Below, one piece after another: positions 47,079 to 60,114 of a stretch of 64,000 nucleotides of DNA. The notes under the pieces are model-generated. The model had not been told where the DNA came from and made no database searches. It saw only the letters and a program-made list of their open reading frames with translations. Position 1 is the first letter of the stretch. The number at the start of each line of letters is the position of its first letter. This stretch comes from Camelus ferus (lineage: Eukaryota): contig NC_045696.1 of the NCBI RefSeq assembly GCF_009834535.1, forward strand, positions 109,556,001 to 109,620,000, given 5' to 3'. Position numbers and translations under genes: made by a program.

Positions 47079-47959
47079 GCAGAGGTGGTGGTGTCTGTTT
47101 TTCAGCTGGTATCTGGAGATGGCCTCAGCTGTCACAGCTGCCTGCTCCCTCCTTCCACTTTTAAGCATTTTCCACGTGCCTGGCACTTTTGTTATCTTAC
47201 TTGATTCTTAGTACTGCCCTTTGAAATCTCTGATGTTGTTATGCCCGTTTTAAAATGAGGCACTGAGGTTCAGAGGGGTGGTGGCCACCTCAAAATGACA
47301 CAGCTAAATAGCACCCCCAGGCTTTGAATCCAGCTAACCAATCCTGGCTCAAAGGTGGGGCATCTAAGTTTGCCCCACAGTGTGTCAGGTGCTCCTTCTG
47401 GTTGGAAGACGATTGCCTTTCCTTTACAAATGCTGGCTGTCGAGAGAGGGTTGCATTCGTCTGATGCCTGGTGTCCTATTGAGGCTTTCATGCTGGAATA
47501 GGGCCTTTCCCAGAGGAGCCCTGTTGGGTTGCCCTGCTTTGTCCTGGCAGTGACCAACCACCTGCCAGGCCCAGCCTGTGGACATCCCGTCTGAGAATCG
47601 GGGAGAGGCATAATGGAGAACTCTTGGGTGCTGGCTCTTTTGCTTTCCCCACCAGGGTTATCTGTCTCCAGCAGCTCGGAGCAGAAGGGGCTCTGAGCCA
47701 AGCCCCGCCGGTCCAGTCCCCTCTGAGCTTTCCAGGGCCGTGGCCAAATCGGTGGGACGGTGTGGAGAAGCACCCCATGCTGGACCTGACCTAACAAACG
47801 CTCCTTTCTCCTCCTTCCTCCCCTCCCAGATGCTCAGAAATGCTGCAGTAGGCATTTCTGCCGCTGCCAGGCCCCAGGGGGCCTGCACAGGGTTAGGTCA
47901 GAAGCCAAACACTGCAGTTTGGGAAATTAGCAGCACTTGTGGGATTCCCTAAACCATAC

Positions 47960-48130
47960 CAGTGCTTCTCAGTTGGGGGTGTTACTGCCCCTTAGAGGGC
48001 ATTTGCAGACGTCCAGGGGAGTCCACAATGACTGAAGAGCCTGCCGGCATTTACCCAGCGAGGTCCAGGGATGCTAAACATCCTTTGAAAAGCTGGATGG
48101 TCAGAAGGGGCTCACACATTATGGAGACTA
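47960..48130. mobile_element. MER20/MER3-like hAT MITE
   Basis: CAGTGCTTCTCAGTTGGGGG...GGGCATTTGCAGACGTCCAGG...CCAGGGATGCTAAACATCCT. Confidence 0.55.
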
Positions 48131-48695
48131 GTCCTGCCCATGAGAGACACTGGGAAGTGACCCATTTACTCCCCCTGCCTCCTTGTTCCTTGAAAAGCCA
48201 CCTTCCTCACCAGTCCCCAGGCTGAACGGCTGGGAAATAAAGGAGCGTGCCTCCCTCCCAGCCTGTGACCAATGGCAAGGCAGTATTTCCAGGTGAACGT
48301 GGGCGCACCAAGGGGAGCACGTTGTAGTGCACACGCTTGCTCTGATTCTTCATGGGAGGCTCTTGCATCGTTTGGGCTCTTGCGGGAAGACCTGATTTGG
48401 GTGGTAAGAATTCACAAGGCGTGGGGAAGCCTCCTTGGTGCTGGGCAAGAACTCCCATGTGGCCCTCCAGGTGTAGACGGGGCTGCCTCGCCTCGAGGTC
48501 TCTCTCTTTGGGGCGGTGGGGGCGGTGGGGGCAGTGGGGGGGGTGGTACTCCCGCCTTCCACTTCTGCTTCTGCATCTCTTCTTTTCCTCTGGGCTTTTT
48601 TGTTTCATTGTCTGTTTTTGTCACGTGAGATGTGTTTAGAGGAACTTGGATCCTAGCGTGGATCACGGCTGAACCCCTCTCTTCTTGTTTTACAG

Positions 48696-48754
48696 TCGGG
48701 AAGACGTCTCTGATCACGCGGTTCATGTATGACAGCTTCGACAACACGTACCAG
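48696..48754 (+). CDS. RAB6B: Rab6B coding exon 2 (59 nt), completes the P-loop
   Basis: Acceptor CTCTTCTTGTTTTACAG|TC. Phase 1 joins exon 1 to give (V)GKTSLITRFMYDSFDNTYQ. Donor CAG|GTGAGC at 48755. 70+59=129 nt keeps the frame. Confidence 0.97.
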
Positions 48755-49017
48755 GTGAGCTCCTGGGTCCCCGCCCCGAGCGCCCGTGGTGTCTGCAGCC
48801 GTGACCGGCTCGCTGATGCTGGGGTGAGAGCAAGGCATTCGCGGGTCCCAGGGTGTCCATGTAGCCTTGGAGGATTTTCCCACATGTGCACTGGTCCCAG
48901 CCCGGTGAAGACCCTGAGCCCTTCTGAAAATCCAGACCTCCATGAAGGAAACGCAAAATGAGGGACGTGAAAGAGCAGAAGAACCTGCTTCTCGAGTGTG
49001 GCTGTTTGCTGGACCTT

Positions 49018-49041
49018 CATACACGCACACGCACACGCACA

Positions 49042-49076
<35 letters not shown>
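49018..49076. repeat. Compound (CACG/CA)n microsatellite
   Basis: CATACACGCACACGCACACGCACACGCGCACACACA...; alternating purine-pyrimidine. Confidence 0.9.
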
Positions 49077-49078
<2 letters not shown>

Positions 49079-49424
49079 TTGCTAAGGCACTTTCTTCCTT
49101 GGAGAGGCTGGTGTGATGGGCCTAACCCCACTTACATGGGCAGGAGGCTGGATGGAGTGACCTGTGTGGCTCCTGGCTCTCAAAGATGGCCTGGAGTCAA
49201 ACAGCGGTGACTCCAGGTGGCCTAAGTCTGAGCTCTTGGGGGTCGGTAATGCGTCACTTTTCTGGCACCACTGATGAGTGGGGAGGTTTGTGCAAATGAA
49301 GTGAATTTTCCCTGCAACTATAGCTTTTAATGCAAGGAGCCGAAGTAAATCATTTCAACTATTTTTGAGAAAAAATGTATTGTTTCCTTCCTTAAGACAG
49401 AGACTATAATGCATTTTTTTAAGC

Positions 49425-49715
49425 CACTGGGTTCTGTGAGATACTGGCTCTCAGGGATGTTAGTAGGCGTTATTCGAGAAAAAAAAAAAGCAGGGAGAAA
49501 GGTTCAGTGCTTGTATAAATTTAGAGAACTCTGAACAAAAGTAAACGGACTTCTCTACTGCAGGACTTCTCAGGGCCTTTACTGTATCAATGTATGGTTT
49601 TGATTTGCGGAAATAGAGGTGCAGTGTGCAGGATCTCCTGGATGTATTTAGTCATGGAATCCTTTTGTCATCGAATCCTCAAAGGATTTACAGAACACAC
49701 TGGGGGCTGCTGTGC
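49425..49715. mobile_element. Old DNA-transposon relic (hAT-Charlie-like; family uncertain)
   Basis: Shares GGGATGTTA...TGCAGGACTTCTCAG(G/A)GCCTTTACT with a second copy at ~56660-56945. Confidence 0.5.
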
Positions 49716-52518
49716 TAAGAGGTCTGCCAACCTTCCTGGACTTACGAAGCGTACAGAGAACAGCTCACTACGGATCACAGCTCTCTGTCTACTGTTCAAT
49801 CTGTCTGTCTCCCTCTGGACTAGTCAGTATCTTTGCCTCAAATACAGCCCCTTTCTCTGCCTCCCTCTTAATCCCTGCTTTTTCTTTGCATTTCCTTCAT
49901 CTGAAATACCAGATACCTAGTGTACTTGGTAAGAATTGACTGAAGGGTGAGGACATGGGGCCCCGAGTGACGTGCACAGCCTTGGGCGTTGGCTCTGAGA
50001 CGATGATTTCAGCCGCACTTCGTGTCGGTTGAGTTTCTCCAGGCCAGGGCTTTGTACCCTGGTGGGCTTGTCAGAGGCCTCTCCTCCCACAGGGGGAGCC
50101 CCACTGTATCGCCTTGCATTCAAGTCATTGCTCTAACAGACTTCAGTTCTCAAGTCTGACTTGTATTCACTTACTTGTGTGTGTATGTGTGTGTATGAAT
50201 GGCCTCACAGATATTGTTTTGGTTATTTGATTTTTTAAATATTAAGTCATTTATAATATTTCTTATTAATGTCCAACTGATAATAGTGACACTTGTGGTT
50301 GGTGTTCTTGGCAGTGGTGGGAGGCAGAGGTGGCCCCAGGGCCTTTGCAGTGGTCCTCACTGGCATGGATCAAAGCCTCAACTCCTCCCCAAGTCACTTG
50401 AGTCCCTCAAAATCTCAGCTCACCTCTGTCTCCAGTGTCACCTCCCATGGCCCACTGCTTGTCCTATATCCTGTGGTCCAGCGGGCCTCCCTGCCTGCTG
50501 CTTCCCGCTCAGTGATCCTGTCATGCCTCCATGCCTGGCCCGTGATGTTGCTTCTGCTGGAATGCCCTTCCCTCTTCTCTCCTCTCTTCTGCCATGAAAA
50601 ATTCCTCTGACTCATCAAGGCTCAGAGCACACGTTTGCTCTGCAGTTGGGGCCCTCCACGCTCTTCCACGCCCCCTTTCCCCTGGCACATGGACCTCAGG
50701 GCTCCTTTGGCCTCCCAACTCCACAAGAACTCCTCCTGCTCTGGCTCCTGGATGGGCTTGGGGCCTGGGTGAGGCCAGGACCCCTGGGATCCACTGCTGC
50801 ATTCGTGGGCCCAGCACAGGGCCTGCCCCCCACAGCTGGTGTCAGCTGCCTGCTGGTACCAAAGGGGCTTCAAGAGACATTGTCTGCCTTGGTTTTTAGA
50901 CTCCATCAGACTGACAGGCCACAGGGACCCAGTGTCAATGTCCAATGTTGTGGCAAGAGGCGGAGAAAGCCCAGAGGAGAGCAAGTGCCCTCCCCACGGC
51001 AGGTTTTTCTGACTTTTTTTTTTTTTTTGCTGCAGGTACAATTTCTTTCCCAATACCCTCTAAAATGGTAATTAGACTGAGAGGCTAGGGCTCCAATTCT
51101 GTGCGTACACAGGCTCATGCTAATGAATTCTCTGGAGATGGAGAGGGGGAACTGTTTTTCTTTAACGTGCTGGCAGAGACACTCGGGGAGTAGCCAAGAT
51201 CCCCAAGGGCTCTGGGGGTGTCCCCAGTTGTCCCCCGGCACTGTGACCATGCCTCACTGCCACCCACAAATGTCCTGTTTGTCAGCCAATACAGCCCAGC
51301 AGAGCCCCTACCTTGATTAGCTGAGGTGCTCAGACAGTTCCCAGGACCGAGGCACCACTCCCTCCTTCCCATCCTTCCTGTGTGTCTCCAGTTCTGTCTC
51401 CCATCCCCCGCCCCCATTCACTTATTCTGACGGCAGAGGTCTGTCAAGTGCTTACTCTGTGTTTGGAGAGGCAGTAGGAGAAAGCGACCACAGAATCTGG
51501 TCCTGCCCTGAGCCGGGGCATGGATGGTGGAGGGACTTCAGTCTCACCCTGGGTGGCAGCCAGTCTCCCTCTGTCTGGGGCTGAGCATGCCCGAGGCCCC
51601 AGGGGCTAGTGTGAGGGCCCACCCGGACCTGCAGAGCGGGGCTCCCCCACAGGCCCTGGGGAGACGCCAACTTGTTGGCCTGTGGCCTCAGGAAAGTGGG
51701 TCTCCAGCCGCCTCCTGCCTGGCACTGCCCCTACACGCACGTGTACCTCGTTCTCCTCCTGATACATGCATGCCCCAGCCTCCCACCACCCCACCCATCA
51801 CCTTGTCTAAATCCACTCACTTAAAGAAGGGAAAGATCAAGACTTAGAAACGGCCTGGTGAGAGTCATGTCTGCAACAATTCTCTTGTATAAAACACCAA
51901 CTAAGAAACGTCTTTCAAAATGTACTAAGAAGAAACTGTGATGAGACTAGCGCCCCCCCCCCCCGCCTCCAGAGGCCAGTGAAACCCACCTACCCGCCTG
52001 GCCCTTGGCCCACCTGTTTGAAACCACACTGGAGCCAGGATGGGAGGCTTCAGGCCTCCAGCTGGCGCCTGGGAGTTGTTGGGGGAGATGCGCTCCTCTG
52101 GGCTTTTTCACGGGTCCCTCACGGGTTCTCCATCTTGGCTGGATGCTAGCATTACCTGCTGGGGGCATGGCCAGAGATGCCCAGGCTAGCTCAGGCACTA
52201 GCATTTTTAAATCTCAGTGATGACTGAGATGAGCTGACTGCCAAGGCTGGAGCCTCCCAGGCCCATGCCTGGACCTCCCACCACAGCACAGGTTAGGAAA
52301 GCAGCCTAATGGGTCCCGGCCTGCTGAGGCTCACCCTCCCTCACCTGCTCCCGGGAGCATCTCTGGAGGACTCACTGGGGCACTCCCTGGGTCCCACGGT
52401 GCCTTCGGGAAGGGGACAGCATCACTGTACCTCACAGGCCGAGGGGCCGCCTGAGTTGCTCCCAGCCCCTCAGAGATCTGGCCGCTCTGCGCCGCGCGTA
52501 CCTCTCTCACCCTTGGTC

Positions 52519-52955
52519 TGTATTAGTTTCCTGAGGCTGCTATGACAAGTTGCCACAAACCAAGTGGCTTTAAACAACAGAGATTTATGTTCTCACAATT
52601 CTGGAGGCCAGAATTCTGAAATCAGCAGAGCTGAGCTTCCTCGGAAGGCCTCCGAGAGAATCCTGCCTGCCACTCCCGGCTGCTGGCGGCTCCGGCCATC
52701 CCTGGTGTGGGGCTGCATGGCTCTCATCTCTGCCTCTGTCGCACACGGCCTTCTCTCTGTGTCTGTGTGTCCTCTCCTCTTCTTATAAGGGCACCGGTCA
52801 TTGGATTTAGGGCCCACCCTAACTCCTGGATGATTTTTCATCTTGAGGCCCTTAACTAATGCATTCATGAAGACCCTTCTTCCAGATAAGGTCACATCCT
52901 GAGGTTCCAGGGGTACAGAATTTGTGGGGTGGGGGGCACTCTTCAACCCACCATA
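52519..52955 (-). mobile_element. MaLR LTR (MLT1C-like)
   Basis: TGTATTAGTTTCCTGAGGCTGCT...TCTCACAATTCTGGAGGCCAG...CATTGGATTTAGGGCCCACCCT...TTCAACCCACCATA. Confidence 0.8.
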
Positions 52956-53471
52956 GTGTCCCAGCACCTCCCAGTCTGATCCCACTGGGGATGCTCTGCC
53001 ACCCACGCTGCCTCCCAGCACAGGCCCTCCAGGCTCCAAGCCCCTCTGGGCCAGCATCTGACCTGGGGAAGCCATTTCCCCCAGGAGCTTATCTCGGCAG
53101 CAAGTCTTTTTTGTTCATACAGGGTTTTTCAAAATGATCAGATGTTCCTCTGTGTAACATTTGTAAGTTGATTTATTAAAGTAAATAGGTTTTCTGGGGC
53201 CTGGTCATTGACCCTCTGGGGCCGTCCCTCTAAATGCTCTGCAGCTCCCCAACCCACGCCTGCCCCACCCGACCATTCAGCCCTGCAGCGGGGTTAGCCT
53301 TGCAGGGGAGCTGAGCTGCAGCTGGGCCACACACCCGTACGTCCCAGGTGCTCAGGAAGAGGGCATTTGTGACAGATCATGGTGTGTGGAGGGCTATGCT
53401 TTGTCCGTGTAGGGTTGGATGCTCTAAGTTTCTCCTTCCGGGGCAGCAAGTTCTGCTAATGCTTGTCCATC

Positions 53472-53870
53472 TGTTGTGGGAGAACAGGTTCTTGCCTCGC
53501 TCAGGAAAGAATTCAAGAGCAAGGCATGGTAAAGTGAAAGCAAGTTTATTTAGAGAGATACACACTCACAGACAGAGTGGGGTCTGTCTCAGAAGGGAAA
53601 ACGGCTTAGGAGATACACACTCCATAAGCAGAATGTGGACCGTCTCAGAAGGCAAGAGCGAGGGCGACCACAAGGTGCGGAGCTGTTAGGTTTTATGGGC
53701 TCAGTAATTTCATATGCTAATGAGTAGGAGGATTATTCCAACTACTTTGGGAAAGGGGTGGGGATTTCCAGGACCCCCTCCCCCCGCCACCTTTTGACCT
53801 CTTATGGTCAGCCTGGGAACTGTCATGGCCCTGTGGCTGTGCCATGAGGCTCACGGTCTACTGGAAGTTT
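53472..53870 (-). mobile_element. ERV1-class LTR fragment (MER31/MER4-group-like) with an internal ~56-bp duplication
   Basis: TGTTG...AGGAAAGAATTCAAGAGC...GCAAGTTTATT (AATAAA on the minus strand). GAGATACACACTC...TCTCAGAAGG occurs twice. Confidence 0.6.
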
Positions 53871-54679
53871 CTTCCTTCAAAACATTGCTGCACCCAGAGG
53901 CCTGGGATCAAATCCCAGCTCTGTCACTGAGCTGAGAGACTCTGGGCCAGCATCCCAGGTTCTCAGTGTTGTGTATTTTTAACCTGGAAATTATTTGGAT
54001 GGGATTTAACCTAGACCATATCACCTAGACCAGTGGTCTCAAACTTTAGCAATAGGGATGTGGCTAATTAGTTAATGTAGCTCATGGAAGTCTTAAAGTC
54101 TAGATGATGGAAAATTATAGGCCCCAAGCACTGTTGATACAAATGTGTATTACCAGACACTATCTAGAGAGCAAAACGAATTAACAACTCCACAGTAAAC
54201 CAAGTTGGTAATGATGGAGTGAAGCCAACAACTTGCTGATGAAGTGTTTTTATGGGAAACTGTGGGCCCCCAGCCATGCCTGCATATGCACAGGTGCAGA
54301 GCTCTGCCACTCGGCCAGATGATGCCGGAGCCCCGGGCTTCTGGCAGAACGCTGGACTCCATCTTTCATTAACTCTAGCAACGTGATGACTTTATCATGT
54401 TAATACAGTAGAGTTCCATCTTTCACAAACATCAAGTCCTATGGCCAAAATGAGAGGCGACTCTCATATAGTGAAATGCTGCTGAATGCCAGGCAGCTTG
54501 GCAAGACAACCCTGCCCTCAGAGACCCGCTGGGGCACCACCAGTCACCCAGGGGCCCCCTTTGGGCATTTACCTGGGACTGATCTGAGAGCAGACACCCT
54601 CTAACGTCCTTTCTTTCCCTCCCTCCTCTCCCCTTCCTTTTCTCCCTCTCTTTTGTCATGCATTTGCAAATTAGGAATG

Positions 54680-55120
54680 CAGTCAGCCTCTGGTACAGAA
54701 AGCAGACTAACTGTGGCTTAAACAAGGAGGGGTTTTGATTTTTCAGGTGCAGGAAGTCGCAGTGGGATATGAGGTGGCCCAGCTTTGCGGTGAGGGTGAC
54801 GCCATCAGGCAGGCCCCAGACCCCTGCCGTCATTCTGTTCTGCCTCCTTGTTCTGTGGGCTCTCGTCTTCATGCAGCCTGGCCATTGCTGCTCCACACAT
54901 CACCTCTGCATTCGAGGCAGCAGAAAGCAAGAGCTTGCCTAGAATCCCCGCCCCCTCCAGCAGACTGCAGCGAATGTCTTATTGGCCGGAATGGAATCAC
55001 ACAATCACCTTTACCCTCTAGAAAGTCTGGGAAAGCAGAATTTCTCTTTTACAGTTTCCAGGCCAGCAAGGGAGTAGGAGGTTGCCAATTGGTGTTGGGT
55101 GAGTCCAACAGCACTTGCTA
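54680..55120 (-). mobile_element. Old MaLR LTR (MLT1J-like)
   Basis: CTAACTGTGGCTTAAACAAGG...TCTTATTGGCCGGAATGGAATCACA...TCTGGGAAAGCAG. Confidence 0.55.
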
Positions 55121-55709
55121 GTGTTTAGAAGTTAAATGGACCCATGATGCAACTCTCTGCCCCAGATTTTAGCAATTCTTTAATTCACTTTGTAGGTTAC
55201 TTGTCGATAGCTCTTAGGTGGCCTCAGAAATCCACCTCCCAGAACACCTTTCTCCCTAAGAGCTGCAGAGAGGGCTTGTGCACCTGGATCCACCTGTGAC
55301 CCTGTGGGAGACCTCTCAGGGGGCTTCAGGCCACACATCCGTGGGCATCTGTGTGGCTTTTGAAGAGCTTGACTAATTTTGATGCAGTTGAACCCCTTAT
55401 TTAAAGTTGGAAGGTGCATATTGTTTGGTTCATGTTTCAGAGCACAGTCAAGTAATAAAAGAGCAATCAATAAATTTTTGAATTGGGTGATGACTAGCAC
55501 AAGGCAATCCCCATTTTGGGAAGAAAGTCACCACTGGAAGTGTGTAGACTTTGAGGCTGAGGTGGCTGAAAGAATCCAGGTACCTGGCTGTGGCCTCCAG
55601 AGCCAGCCGCCCCTCCCCACAGCACTTGGTTGAGCTGTTGGGAAGGACAGGCTCTGCCCAGCTTGTTCTGTCTCCTTCCCCCACCATGTGCACTTGCTGG
55701 TCTGAATCC

Positions 55710-55995
55710 TTAAGTTTCGCCAGCCTCATTTGCATGCTAATTTGCATGACTTTACCCTGATCCTCTCATCTGATGGTTGGTGGTGCAGAGCACAAACAGC
55801 AGCTTCATTGTCAAGGGCCTGTCATCCCCAGCTGCTTTCTGCCATTTACGGATGCTTCCCCAGCCACGGGCCAAGGCCTGGCCCAGGCTAAAAGAAGACA
55901 TACATACACTCCTTTTCATGATTTCTCTTCCTGGGAAGAGAATCTTGAGTCAATTTATGCAAATTACCATGCAAATTTCTACCGCAGACTTTATT
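55710..55995. repeat. Imperfect inverted repeat with two octamer motifs in each arm
   Basis: ATTTGCATGCTAATTTGCAT (55728-55747) versus ATGCAAATTACCATGCAAAT (55957-55976): 19/20 reverse-complement identity, with weaker similarity extending inward. Confidence 0.8.
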
Positions 55996-56659
55996 ACTGT
56001 CTTGTCAGAATGTGGATGCAAAATTACATTTCATAATAAATGCACATAGCAAAGGCGATTTCAACAAGTGCCTCGTGAAACATCTCTTTCCTCGGGGATC
56101 CGCTGGGCCAGTGGGAGCCCTTGTGCAGAGGGAGGTGTGTAACGTGCCACCATTCTGCACTACGCATCTGAGCCCCTGCTGACACTGGCTAATACCACCT
56201 TTAGAAGAAGATAAATGGAGATGCAGCTGTGAAATCTGTCCTTGTTAAGGTTCCTCATGTTTTGTATAAGGTGATGTGCCTGCCATTTTTCATAAGTGGT
56301 ACAGTTGGCAGGCACAGTGATTTTAAGGAATAAATAAGCATCGCCAGGTTTGGGGAGATCTAATCACAGCAGGATGCAGTCTAGCCTCCTTGGAGGGGCC
56401 TCAGCAGTACGGAAGGCTTATGCAGCACTGCCAAAGGGGTGGGGAGGATCAGGGGGTCCTGGACTGGCAGGAGAGTCCCCAGAGTCAAGCTTGCTGCTCA
56501 TGTTGTCTTGATACCCTCTTTACATCCCTGTGGAATAGTTTCCAGGTAGAATAATTTACTGCATGCCTCATAAGAGAAAAAGGAAGTACCTAGAATGAAT
56601 GCCGTGGCCAAGACTCCATGGTTCCTTGGGAGCCCACCTCTGTGAGGGTCAGTCTTTCC

Positions 56660-56945
56660 TGAAGCTCTGGGAACATTCCTTTATTGGGATGTTAATAGGG
56701 ATTACAAGCACAAAGGTTCCTAGGGGCCAAGAAGCTTGAGAAACAAGTGACATGAAATTGTTCATGACTCTTCAGTGCAGGACTTCTCAGAGCCTTTACT
56801 ATGCCAGTGTGCTTTATGGCTCCCCACTAAGGGCTAGAGCATGCAGCCTTTCCCAGAAACACTTGATCACAGTTTACTTTCATCCTGTAGTTGGCCTCCC
56901 TCATGGGGCCATGTTCCACATAACCAGCCTGAGGAACATTGCTGG
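56660..56945. mobile_element. Second copy of the hAT-like relic seen at 49425-49715
   Basis: GGGATGTTAATAGG...TGCAGGACTTCTCAGAGCCTTTACTATGCC. Confidence 0.5.
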
Positions 56946-57779
56946 AGGCTCTCCTGGGGGTGGGTGAGTTTCTGCACCTTCTCTTGGAAATCCCTTGGTC
57001 AGTTGGTCAGTCCTCATTTTGTTTCCACAGAGCACCTTGACACAGTCTAACTCATCTGATCTAACAGTCCTTGTAGGAAGCTATGAGTATCCATTTTTTA
57101 GAGATGAGAAGCTGAGGGCCACAGGGGCTGTCATTTTTCCAGGACTCTCCCAACCCAGTGTTCTTCCAATTGTACAGCGTTCAGACCCTGCCAATAGGCA
57201 CCAGCAGAGTCACTGAAAACAGACCGGGGCCCTCTGGACACATGACCCCACGCAGGTCCATTTCGGTGGGACACTCTGCTAGCTGCATGCCAGATCCTCT
57301 GAGGCTGGTCGTGGTCTGCCCTCGGGGCATTGACAGGGAGTCTAGGTTTGTAGACAGAAATCTGTCCCCTTTCCCCATGGAGGCTTCTGGTCACCTCAGC
57401 CTCTCAGCCTCCTGGCATCACCAGGGCTGTGTGCATATCATCCATCTGGGCTTTACCTCCAAAGCAGAATTGACTCCCTCCCCACCCCACACCCATACCC
57501 ACACAAGCATCTTACACCCATTCCTGCCCGCATACACATACTTTGACATGCAAATACACAGTTGCACGCACACAAGTGTGTCTCCACTCACCATGTGTCC
57601 ACTCATACACACCTGCCCATCAGTACACTCACACCGTGTGACTTGACCTTTGAGCAGGAATGCACGTTATGTCACGTAACAGGAAATTAGGACTTCTGGG
57701 GCCTTTTATAGGAGGGGGTGGCCTCCCTGGGTAGCTAGTTTTTCTTTTTGTCTGATGTCCCCATATTATCCTTTTACAT

Positions 57780-58680
57780 CATTTCTACTGATCTGTTTTC
57801 AAGGTCACTGACTGTTTCATCTGTCATCTGCTCTCTCTGGTTAAGCCTGTCATTCATTTAGAAATTTCAGATACTGTATGTTTCAGTTCCAAATTTGTGT
57901 TTGCTTCTTTATAGTTCCTGTTTCTCTGCTGAGATTTAAAAATCTGCACCTTCATTCTGAGCATATTTTTCTTTATGTATTTGAGCATAATTCTATTAGC
58001 TGTTTAAAAATACTTGCTACTTGCGACATCTGGGTCACCTCAGGGCTGGTCTCCATTTATTCTCTTTCTGTCTTGAATATGGCTTTTACTTCATATGTCT
58101 AGTAGTTTTGAGTTATATCCTACACATTGTGATTAAAACTGTGGACTGCATTTGTTTCTTTGGAAGAGTGTTCGCTGGACCCAAATTCTTATTTCTTTTC
58201 CTTGTGGTAGGCAGCAACTTAAAATTCTGTTCAGATTTGTTTGTTTGTCTGTTTGGTTTTCAAGTCTTAGGTTGCATGTGGCTTGTTTGGGTCAGAGATT
58301 TGGGCAGCATTTACAAGCAGAATTTGGGGTGCCCTGTCTGTGGCTTTCTCATTTCCAGGATTTTCCACACTTTCTGTCTGCTATGATAGCTTTACAATTT
58401 GCCCTCTCATTTCTCAACCAGTAGGACTGTGGGTTTCTTGCCAGGTTTTAGCCTCCCCTGAGCTCCAGCCAGTGCTGCCCTCAGGTGGAGTGAATAGTCA
58501 TCAAAACAGGAGCCTCACCCAGGGCCGTTCTCTTCTGTTAAGTGTTGACTCCCCTCCAGATTCTACCTGCTTTTGGTCACTTTCCAGTGCCTTCAGACTG
58601 TTGTTTGTTACGTTTTCCCAGAGTTTATACTCATAATCTGCAAGGTAATTCTGATGGGAGCTCTGTCCTTATGGAAATCA
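57780..58680 (-). mobile_element. Old L1M 5'/ORF1-region fragment
   Basis: T-rich antisense L1 signature (TTTCTACTGATCTGTTTTCAAG...TTCAGTTCCAAATTTG...GACATCTGGGTCACCTCAGGG). Confidence 0.6.
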
Positions 58681-59704
58681 GACCTCTTCCTTTCCCTTCA
58701 TCTGGGATTTACCCTCTAGACCTCCCACCCTCCACTACCTCCCCCCTTCACCTGCTGGAAAGTTAGTATTCGCTCAAGGACTTGCATAGTTGCCCTGACT
58801 TTTCTCAAGAAATCAATCAGAAGCAAGGTCCTCTTCCTCTTAGGGCCCCTCTGACTACACTGGTCCTTCCCATCTGTCAGGGACCACAGTTCTGTGTGCT
58901 AATCTTAGCTCCTCCACAAGGTTGGAAGTTCAAGGCTGAATCCTGAACTCTGAATGGGTGTTGACCACGTGGAAGGACAGCCCCAGGGACGGAACAGCTC
59001 CTTATAGGCCAGGACCAGCGCTTGTTCTGGTCTGTGTCTAACACGGAGTAGGCACTCAAGAGTGGATGAATGAATGAGTAGTCATTACTTACACCAAATG
59101 CCAGGAAGGCGCTGCCCAGGGAAGACCGTGACCACTTTCTCCCTGCAGATCTGGCCCTTCTGGGAGAGATGGGCTCCAGCTGGCAGCAGCGTAGGGCCAA
59201 CTATTTGTGCCTTATTTTTGGAGAAAAAAAAATGGTGTCAAGGAGCTATAAAGTTTCTGGTAACCAAGGCTATCTTAAAAGTTCTTGTTTCTATTCTGTC
59301 CTTAGAGAGCTGACTCTTTTGTTGTTGTTAAAATGCAAATGAACTTCCCCTTAAGTGGGCTTTGCTGAGCTATTATGGCTAATGACGGTAAGATGCTGAC
59401 AGTTGGGAGCCCCCCACATATTCAGTGACAGCTTCAGAAATGAAGGGTTTTCAGGAAGCAGAGGGAGTGCAGCTCAACAGTCAAGAGCAGGGGCTTTGCA
59501 TGCAGGGAGACCTGGGTTCCAGTCCTACCTCTGCCACCACCACCTGTATGACCTCAGTTCTGAGTGAGCCTTGGCTTCTCCATCTGTGATCAGCCCTTCT
59601 GCAGGCACGGGCATTTCCATCCGTCTCTCACCTCGGGCAGGGACTCTGCCCTCCTCCAGGACACTGCAACCTCCCCAGACCAGTCACTGCATGAACTCAG
59701 AGTC

Positions 59705-59865
59705 TCCTCAGCTGTTTGCAAACTTTACTGCACAAATGAGTTACCTGAGAGCTTGTCAGGAATTCTGATTCCCAGACTGACACCCCAGAGGTTGTGATTC
59801 TGTCTGTCTGGGCCAGGCTCCGAAATCTGCATATTTAGCCAGCTCCTGATGTGACCTGAAGCATG
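59705..59865. mobile_element. MER5A-like MITE
   Basis: CAAACTTTACTGCAC...CCCCAGAGGTTGTGATTCTG...AATCTGCATATTTAGCCAGCTCC. Confidence 0.55.
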
Positions 59866-60114
59866 GAGCAAGGGCAAAATGAAGGGGAGGACCAACTATC
59901 GCTGATAAGGATGAAAACTGAAGGTAATCAAGGGCGAATTGCCTGCTTGGGACTTACCACTACTGGTGCTCCTATGTTCCTTCTTTAAAGATCCAGACTT
60001 CCATCTGTAAAATTTCCCTTCAGCCTAAAGTGTTTCTTGTAATGAGGGTTCGCTGGTGACAAATGATCACAGCTTTCCCTTACCCGAAAACGTTTTTGTT
60101 TTGCCTTCATTGCT

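Noticed and set aside
22400..48600. Numerous 100-266 aa ORFs in RAB6B intron 1 (e.g. 31694-32494, 40305-41078, 25147-25812)
   Set aside because: They overlap on both strands, are rich in Pro/Gly/Ala/Arg, often start at non-ATG codons and show no recognisable domains, as expected by chance in GC-rich DNA.
48632..48961. 109-aa ORF containing GKTSLITRFMYDSFDNTYQ as a standalone gene or pseudogene
   Set aside because: It is RAB6B exon 2 with canonical splice sites and flanking intron translated in frame.
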